From positions 2,790,001 through 2,854,000 of the forward strand of contig OX337231.1 of NCBI GenBank assembly GCA_946965045.2: 64,000 bases of DNA, read 5' to 3'. The notes under the pieces were generated by a model. That model worked only from the letters and a program-made list of their open reading frames with translations, had not been told where the DNA came from and did not search any database. The stretch's first letter is position 1; each line of letters starts with the position of its first letter. This DNA is from Epithemia pelagica (Eukaryota > Protista > Bacillariophyta). Both the position numbers and the translations under genes were made by a program. Of the stretch, positions 56,310 to 64,000 are shown piece by piece.

Positions 56310-56685
56310 CATCTTCTTCTCCCGCTTTTGTAAATATGCTACTATATACATCATCCATTCAATGAGCATCTATCCACTCTGCAAATAGCTCCCGGCATTC
56401 TTTCACCTCATAAATCTCTACTGCCATTAACCGCTTTCTACGATTGAGATCCATTATTATTATTAGTCTTCCTATATTTTAATGCGATACTCAGAAGGTC
56501 TGGCCGGGGCCGTGGAAGTGAAATAAATAAAATGATGCACTATCAACTAGCTCGGTTAAGAAGGGATCAATCGACGAAAGACGTCAACGTGACATCCACT
56601 TACTATTCATCGGGACTACGAATGCCGGTCCAACGCCACACGCCTGTATCTTTATAATCGTGCTTCTGTCACTACGGGAACACAT

Positions 56686-58076
56686 CTACTTCTTTCTCTT
56701 TCGACCTCTCTTGGACTTTTTCTTCGGTTTTGATTCTTCGTCACTACTTGTGGGTGGAGAGTCTTCAATTGGCTCTTCCTCTTCGTCGTCGTCTTCGACC
56801 TCTGCATCGATAACTGTGAGCGGTTTCACAGCATCTCGAGGTACGGAAGAGACATCCGCCGCTTGTCCGAAACCTGCTGGCTTCTCTCTGGGTGGGGCGA
56901 ATATAGTGGGTGCTGGTTCAGTCTTGGCCGCCGTTGCAGCTGCGCTTCCGGCTGCCACCGGTTCGAATTGTAACGAACTTCGAACAGCGACAGAAGTGGC
57001 GGTAGTGACAATGTTGTTCACGAACCAGTACACGCTCAAAGCAGCAGGAACATTGAGAGCAAACCAACCAATCAAGACAGGCAAAATCTTGAGCACAATG
57101 TTGTTTTGTTGTTGATCCCCTGTTTTGGGCTGCATTAGTTCCATCGAAGCAAACTGAGAAACAACCAAAAGGACAGGAAGAATCAAGAAGGCAACCGTGT
57201 CGTCCCACCCAAGCGCAGGGCCAGCATCAGTCCTGAAAAGAGAAGGACAGAGGTGTAAGATATCACGATCTACTTGACCACAACTATACAGGTTCAGTTC
57301 TTGAATTGAACTTACCATCCTTTCAAGAGCCAGTCTGAGCCATGGGCCGGATCTGCTCCGTAAGTGGGGCCCTCAAGGTTTGGAAGGAAGAGGAAAGGCT
57401 CGTCAAGTTTGTTCTCCTTGGCCAAGTTGAGGACAGCTCGGTACAGTCCAATAAAAACAGGGATCTGGACAAGACTTGGAATACATCCTGCCAAAGGATT
57501 GATTTCATTCACCTGGTAAAACTCAGCTACTTTTTGGTTCATGACTTCTGGATTACTCTGGTACTTGGCCTGGATCTCCTTAATTGCTGGAGCCATGGCT
57601 TGCATCTTGGACGTAGACTCGAGTTGGGATTTCGTCAACGGAAAAGTCAGAACTTTAATCATCAAAGTCAATACAATGATACTAATTCCCCAAGCATTGG
57701 CGTCGAGACCCAGACTGACACTTGCAGTGTGAATGAATTCCAATACTCCTTCAATAGGGCCTGTCAAAAAGCCAAACCAGCCATTGTCTTGAGTCGGAAC
57801 GGCATCCACAACATCTCCCGCAACGTCCATCACATCGGATGCTGCTCCACTCACTCCTGCCACAACATCGGATGCAGCATCACTGACCCCAGTCACTACA
57901 TCCGTGGTGCCTTCCACAGCATCGGCCAAGGTAAAGGACGAAAACGCGTCAAGCAAACAGCTCGGAATATCACGGAGCGGTTCGGCCCGAGTTGTGTATT
58001 GGAGATTGGGACGCACTGGAGCAAATGCCTGAACGCCTGCAAGAAGCAGGGCGTTGAACAGCACCGAGACGATCAT
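56686..58076 (-). CDS. ALB3: Plastid ALB3/YidC/Oxa1 insertase
   Basis: Signal + VQAFAP; WGISIIVLTLMIKVLTFPL; NPLAGCIPSLVQIPVFIGLYRA; intron 57233-57315. Confidence 0.93.
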
Positions 58077-58170
58077 CGTGCTCCTATGATAGGTTTATCT
58101 GCACTCTCCTCTGTGTTTGTTGCGTCAAACCAGCTTCTGAGGTGTCACGGTGGCAGTCTTGGCTCATCCC

Positions 58171-58913
58171 TACCCCCTAGCGGGGGTGGTTTTGAGGTTG
58201 TAGTTTCTGTGAACCACCCCCATACCTTTTTCCTGGCTCCAGTCGGCCGGCATATCTCATTCCTTCCACCGCGATAACAACACGACAATCAAACTTTGTC
58301 GTTGCTGGTGACCTCCTACGGCCACCCCATCATGATCCGACCATCACATGCTTCATATCGGTACCATGGCAGTGCATTGTGAGGGGCACAGTGCATGCGG
58401 GCCGTTCTAGGAAAGGTCCAATACAGTGACGCTGTAATACGGCACAATAGGAGACCATGATGGCGTGAACATACATTAGAGTTGCTGTTTTGCTATCAAT
58501 ACACTGTGTAGCTACTACTGTGATGTGTATTGTGTACCAATAGGTGTTCAAACAATGTAAGATAAGAGCCATATAGTCCCTTTGAGTTGCTTCGTTCGAA
58601 ATGGCAAGACGTCGCTTCCGTACCTGTGCCACGAGGCATGGCGCCTATGAGTCTGATGCATAATAGCCTTAACCTTTAAATTTTGGTGATGCCGATGCAT
58701 CCTACACTATTGGTTTGAGGTCTATGACTGGAGAGACAGGTTTGAAGAGTCCAAATAGGTGCACAACAACCTGTGCAGCACCATGGTCCGTGTTGTTATC
58801 GTGGTGGAGGAAATGAGCTATGCCGGCCAACTGGAAACTGGTTATTTTTGGCAAATAGGTATGGGGGTGGCTCAGAGAAATTACACCCTTTAAGCCACCC
58901 CCGCTAGGGGGTA
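58171..58913. mobile_element. 743-bp non-autonomous TIR element (MITE; MULE- or hAT-like)
   Basis: Imperfect TIRs of ~114-125 bp (58171-58284 / 58789-58913), with the first 19 bp perfect (TACCCCCTAGCGGGGGTGG). Direct repeat GGCTCATCCC at 58161-58170 and 58914-58923. Confidence 0.9.
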
Positions 58914-59272
58914 GGCTCATCCCTTTGTGATGGTCTCGACTCTCCATCCAGTCGATCTTTTCCAGAAATCTCAAGGTTCAAGGTGTGAAGTGGAATGGTA
59001 CGCTAGGTAGTAAACGATAAAACACCAAACGCAGCCGCAAAAAGTGACACGTGGAAGGATAGCGTCGCTTGTGGGGTTGGTTGCAGACTCGCCCTCTCGC
59101 TTTCGCGATGTCCCCACAATTGCTTGTTGGCGACCGTTAGCTTCATCATCAACAACGTATTACATTGGATTGAATTGGACTGGTGTGGCCAACACCCCCA
59201 CTCATTTGACTGTTGAGCATCAATTCTTGCTTTCGTAATACGTTCAACATCTGATTGATTAATAACCTCAAA

Positions 59273-60249
59273 ATGAGCGAAACTGGAGAAGCGACTGTCG
59301 AAGCAGACGGAACCACAACGTTTGAAACACCTCCATCAGATGCCAATGGGACATTTGGCGGGGAGGAAAGTTTTAATGAGACCATGGGTGAGACTCCAGA
59401 GGAGGACATGGCTGAGGCAGCGAAGGGTATTGATCCAGCGATGTACTTGATTGTAGGGGCAATCGTAGTTGTCTTGCTCTTTTTCATTCTTCGTCGGAAA
59501 AAGAGCTCAGAAGGCGATGATGACTTTTTCGCAAACTTAGACGGAGAAAAGGTAAGAAGAGTGCTTTCTATTGACAATTTGCTTGGTGTACTCTTGGAGA
59601 ATACAGGAATTGATGAATGCCGTTTTCACTTGGTCGAATTTAGTTTAATCTGAAACTACCCGCAGAGGTTGAGGAATATCGTACAATCAAGGGAAAATGT
59701 ATCCAGGCTGGCTGGGATCCCACTGAGCGACCGACTGGTCCCGCTGCGCAAAGTAGTGGCCCACATCGCGTGTTGGCCCAGGCCTTGATGAAACGTGCCA
59801 TTGCAGACATTCCAATTGTTACACATATCCAGAAAGAATCGGTGGGAATGAACAGATTATATTCACAGTCCATGTGTTCCGTGTCGCAGTGGCGGTCATT
59901 CCAAGCTGCGGAGCAATTGGTTTCGGCCGAAGTCGAGGAAGTCCGAATGGAGGCTGACTTGGTCGAGCCCGGGTGGGCGGGTGTCATTTGGAGGCAAGCC
60001 ATGCAATATCATCAAATGTTGAAGGACCGACAGGAACAAGAGGCGAAGCAGGCAGAAGCTGCTGCACGCAAAGAAAAAGAAGAGGCAAATAAATTGAGCC
60101 CCGAAGAGGAAAAGAAAGCTAAGGAGCTCGCAGCGGAAAAGGCAGCCCAAGAACTCATCAAGGCAGAGGAGAGGGAAAAGCAGAGCAAGAAATCCTTCAA
60201 CAGTGGTATGAAAAAGGGCTATTTGGACAAAGGTGGTAAAAAGAAATAG
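59273..60249 (+). CDS. Sec66/Sec71-like single-pass membrane protein
   Basis: One TM helix; intron 59552-59643; LAQALMKRA...WRSFQAAEQLVSAEVEEVRMEADLVEPGW resembles the Sec66 domain. Confidence 0.65.
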
Positions 60250-60648
60250 AATGTATAGAGTACGAATATGAGTGAACTGGTGCTCGACATAACTAATGAC
60301 TATGGTGTGGCGGTTGCGAGGACATATTTGACAATTGTTCACCTCCAACTAAATGGTGCAGAAATGAAGAGGTTCTGCGGCCGTTGACATGCGCTCAGTG
60401 CCCCACGTCTTCATCAAGGCGGTTCTATAAGAAAATCTTGAGATCGTCTATTCATCAAAACGTGACTGCAAACAAATTCTATATGATTAGGTACCAGGAG
60501 GTAAAATGGAACACAGGATTTGCTCCTGTGTATGTAGTACTCTGTGAACACATGACAAGATGGTAACCTTCGAGGATATGAGCAGCGATCTCACAATGCT
60601 GTGGTGTAGACATGGGGTATTTCACAATGTAATTCAATTCACACAAAC

Positions 60649-61845
60649 TCAGAAAAACATGGCTCCACTTTCCTCGTTGCCAAAGTTTTCCGTGTGCATC
60701 TCAACGTGCTCGTCCAAGTTTCCACCGAGGTTGAAAAGACTTCCTTTGGAGAGATTTCGAACCAAATCTTTTACTTCATCACTGTGTTGCTCAAGTTTGC
60801 GTTCTGTTTCACCTGCGATGAGGTGCTCCCAGAAACTGTGGCACTCTTGAATGATCTTAACTGCGTATTCCTTGTTCATGAACTTTTCTCCAAGTCCAAA
60901 AGTATTGGGAGGCTTTCCATCGGGAATCTTATAGGTTCGGTACCACTCTCGAATGGCACTCAACATTCCTGGCATGTGAGCTTCGACATCTTCAATGTCA
61001 TTGAGGAATGGGGCCCATTTGTCCTCTGCGTCGATGGCAACGACCTTCCAGTCGCATTCACCCTCATCGATCATACACAAAATACCAAGGACCTTGACTG
61101 GTCGGATGTCCTGTTTCACGAACCGAGTAAAAGTGAGAACAGCAAGGAAATGGACCTTCCTTTTCTGGTCGTGAACTTACACCGGGTTTGATGATACGGG
61201 CACCGATTTCGACGACATCGACTGGGTCATTGTCACCACGAGTTCCTTCAGCATCTGGGTGGATGTGGGTGGGATCTTCCCATGTCTGTGGAAAGCATCC
61301 ATAGTTGAAGTAGATGTCTCCCTTTTTGAACTGGTAGTTCGAGAACATGACAATCGGAGGTTAGATTTCGACCACGATGACCAACGTCGAAGAATCTAAA
61401 ATCTACCTACCTCACGGAGCTTGCCCTTCTTGGTATCCTGTTTGATGGGATTGCCTGGTTCATCTGTGGCGATTTCGTATTTCTTTCTGTTAGAACAAAC
61501 AAAGAGAAGGTTTCGACAAGTTGAGTGAAAGAATGGACAGACACAAAATCCCAGGACTTCATAACGCCGTGGGTCTTGGAAAAAATGGCTCACTGACCTC
61601 GTGAACTTGCTGATTTCACAAACAAAGTTGAAGTAGGGAGTTTCAGATCGAGTTTGTGGGTTCAAATGAACCAAACTGACATCGTGCCAAAGCGAAATCT
61701 TCTTTCCAGCATCAGAGACGGCTTGAATACGGTAGTCCAGTGTGTCGATTTCACCGCCTTCTTTCACTCCAACATCAGATCCAGAAAAGGAGCTGCTGTG
61801 CTTCATTTTGCGCACGTCGTTCAAGGGGATAAGCGTTTCTTCCAT
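60649..61845 (-). CDS. PPA: Soluble inorganic pyrophosphatase (family I), multi-exon
   Basis: [46 protein letters not shown] and [12 protein letters not shown]. Confidence 0.93.
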
Positions 61846-62483
61846 TGTGACTTTCAATTGTTGGTTCCTCTGTGAAACGATAGAGATGTGCAGACCAAGA
61901 CCGTGCACCTTTTGTCGATTGTCGATTATAAGGGATGTCGAAGTCAAAAGTCATGAGAATCGAATGACATACACATCAACGGGTGTGTTGTTGTTCGTTG
62001 TGAGAGTTGAGCAGTGAACACGTAAGCGATGCAAAATGTGCAGGAAGATGTGGGTCTCGTCACCAACTTTCTACAGTATTGAGTACAACACTATAGCTAA
62101 GATATTTATAAATAAAAATGCAGACGACATCGATGAGACATGATACTATGAAGACAATAGTAGGACGTCAGCCGCCATTGAGCGCCGGAGTCAGCTCTTG
62201 TCTCAAGATGGACACAAGAGCAAGAATCTCGCAACGACGACATCGACAGAATTGCATTTTCCGGTGAATCTGTGTCGACAGTCGACAGGGTTACCATGGC
62301 GTATACCAAAGAAACGAGCTGGCAACAGTGACAATGTTAACTGCGATAATGGGAAATTTCCATTTGCTCCATTGAAGTAACGTCGAGATTACGATCAAGC
62401 GAGACTCATCAAGCTTTAGCTGGTGAATCAGTGCGTCCACGGCGTCGAAAGTTTCACTATGAGAATCCATGCTCTTTCCAAAT

Positions 62484-63779
62484 TTAAGAAGATCCAAGTT
62501 TGAAGATATGAAGACGTCCAGGTGAAGCCGATTGGCATGTGACCCTGTCGCTCTCGAGATCTTCGTCGGATGGAAAGTGTCTACTTCCAGTAGCGGCGAC
62601 GAGAATCCCGTTTTGCGACGACGAAGATCTGTGAAAGGAAATCCCATTAACCGTTTGGTTGAAATAACCATCCAGAGTGCCCAACAATTCACCGGAAGTT
62701 GTACTGTAGCATTTGACGCATTTGTCTACACCACCGACAAACAAACGATCGGATTGACCGTCGAGATCAAATTCAAGACGTTGATTTGTATCGGATCTAG
62801 TAGCAAAGCTACGAATTCCACGAATGGGTTCGGACTGAAACTCTGGATTGCCAGACAGCATTCGCAGATCCCAACTGAGGACTGTATCCGATCGACGACT
62901 GGAACTGTACAAAAGATAGTCCGCCGATGGAGAAAAGCGAAGCTGAGTAACACCACCTTGAGCTCGTGACTGGAACCATTTGACTCTGGCTTGAGAAAAG
63001 ATAGCCATCGCATCATCCGATGTCTCTTCCTCGATTGAGATAAAACGTCGCTTTTTCTTTGAGTGACTTCTGCCATGCCCGACTACACAAATTCCATTCA
63101 TTACAGTGCCGGTTGGTTGTTCTGAAACACGATTGTCGTACACGTAGATTGATCCAGGTGAATAGGTTCCCACGCAAAAGACACGGCTGTCTGGGGCATC
63201 TTCAATGGCAGACACGAGGCCTTTTTGCCCATCGGAAGACCGTCGAGTCTTGCCCAGTCGAAGAACGGTAGAATCTCGTCCAGGCACAGCGAGATCAAAG
63301 ACGCGAATGCATCGGTCTGTTCGGAAGCCTCCTGCGAAAATATGCTGACCGTTGGACGAAAAGCTGACCACTGTTGGTGATTCCATTTCATCCAAAGCAT
63401 TGTAGGGTCGATATGAAGCTCGAATCGTGCCTGTGTAAGCATCAAAGAGATGGACGGGTTGGCCGCGGCAGGTGGCGACAAAACAGCATGTTCCAGGGTC
63501 GGATGAATTCATATATGGGTACCATGAATATGATCGGACTGTATCACCACCTTGTGCAACCAACACAGTCTTCCAATCGGCCACAGCCGAAAGATCTTCA
63601 TTCTCACTTGGTTTCGCTTCCACAGGGGGTGTGTTGTATAGTCGAAGTTTGCTGTCGCTTGACGTGCTCGTCAACAAGCAAAGTCCATCCGGAGAAATAG
63701 AACACCCTTGATAAAAGCTTTCCTTATCCTGCAGATCGGAACTTTCAGCAATTAGAGTTGCATCAAGATGACTCATCAC
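62484..63779 (-). CDS. WRAP53: Telomerase Cajal body protein 1 (WDR79/TCAB1)
   Basis: SISPDGLCLLT, SYSWYPYM, QPVHLFDAYTGTIRASY, GGVTQLRF, WDLR and TNQRLEFDL. Confidence 0.88.
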   Translation of the reverse strand: MMSHLDATLIAESSDLQDKESFYQGCSISPDGLCLLTSTSSDSKLRLYNTPPVEAKPSENEDLSAVADWKTVLVAQGGDTVRSYSWYPYMNSSDPGTCCFVATCRGQPVHLFDAYTGTIRASYRPYNALDEMESPTVVSFSSNGQHIFAGGFRTDRCIRVFDLAVPGRDSTVLRLGKTRRSSDGQKGLVSAIEDAPDSRVFCVGTYSPGSIYVYDNRVSEQPTGTVMNGICVVGHGRSHSKKKRRFISIEEETSDDAMAIFSQARVKWFQSRAQGGVTQLRFSPSADYLLYSSSRRSDTVLSWDLRMLSGNPEFQSEPIRGIRSFATRSDTNQRLEFDLDGQSDRLFVGGVDKCVKCYSTTSGELLGTLDGYFNQTVNGISFHRSSSSQNGILVAATGSRHFPSDEDLESDRVTCQSASPGRLHIFKLGSS

Positions 63780-64000
63780 TCATCAAGAAAGACGGAAAAG
63801 ATTGTGTCTCGGCGGTGGTCGGTGCTCGTCTCGCGACTCGCGATTCCGAATTGTGATCTGTGAATGGTCGCTCTATAGTCGTGGTTTGCAAATATCGTAT
63901 TATGCCCAACAGTTTTCTAAGAGGAGTCCGCTGGCCAGGCCAGCGTGGAGATAGTGTTACATAGGAGTATGATCAGGTTTGCAAGACTAAAGCGCGCATG

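Noticed and set aside
1-64000. tRNA, rRNA or telomeric arrays
   Set aside because: No cloverleaf with T-loop/D-loop context, rRNA-like tract or tandem TTAGGG-type array was found by eye; isolated GTTCGA hits lie in coding or TE sequence.

Overview
Eukaryotic nuclear DNA, almost certainly from a pennate diatom (silicon-transporter fragment, fucoxanthin-chlorophyll protein with an AAAFAP bipartite presequence, nucleus-encoded plastid sigma factor and ALB3, short GT-AG introns). The window has two parts. (1) Positions ~1-22.9 kb are an accessory, transposon-rich, partly decaying block. It holds a 982-aa orphan ORF that may be retroelement ORF1 and a young 5'-truncated RT-RNaseH LINE with a 14-bp TSD and a T-tail. 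It also holds two host genes with frameshift or nonsense lesions, an intact HAD hydrolase, RPL32 and a damaged CRE-like non-LTR element. The main find is a 2513-bp element bounded by perfect 24-bp TIRs and TA duplications that encodes no transposase but carries fused fragments of a silicon transporter and a dihydroxyacetone kinase, i.e. a candidate Pack-type gene-capturing transposon. (2) Positions ~23-64 kb are a gene-dense, apparently intact housekeeping block: RLIG1-like RNA ligase, MgtE-like transporter, TPR protein, RPS19, RRP8, CDC40, ZNHIT3, TMX-like thioredoxin, CENP-C, methyltransferase, NAA15, AK6, ANTH, TLDc, LHC, CTL, SAHH, sigma factor, ALB3, SEC66-like, PPase and WRAP53. This block is interrupted by a 743-bp non-autonomous TIR element with a 10-bp TSD whose two arms keep an internal hairpin through a compensatory base-pair change. 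All protein identifications come from motif recognition by eye; no database search was run.
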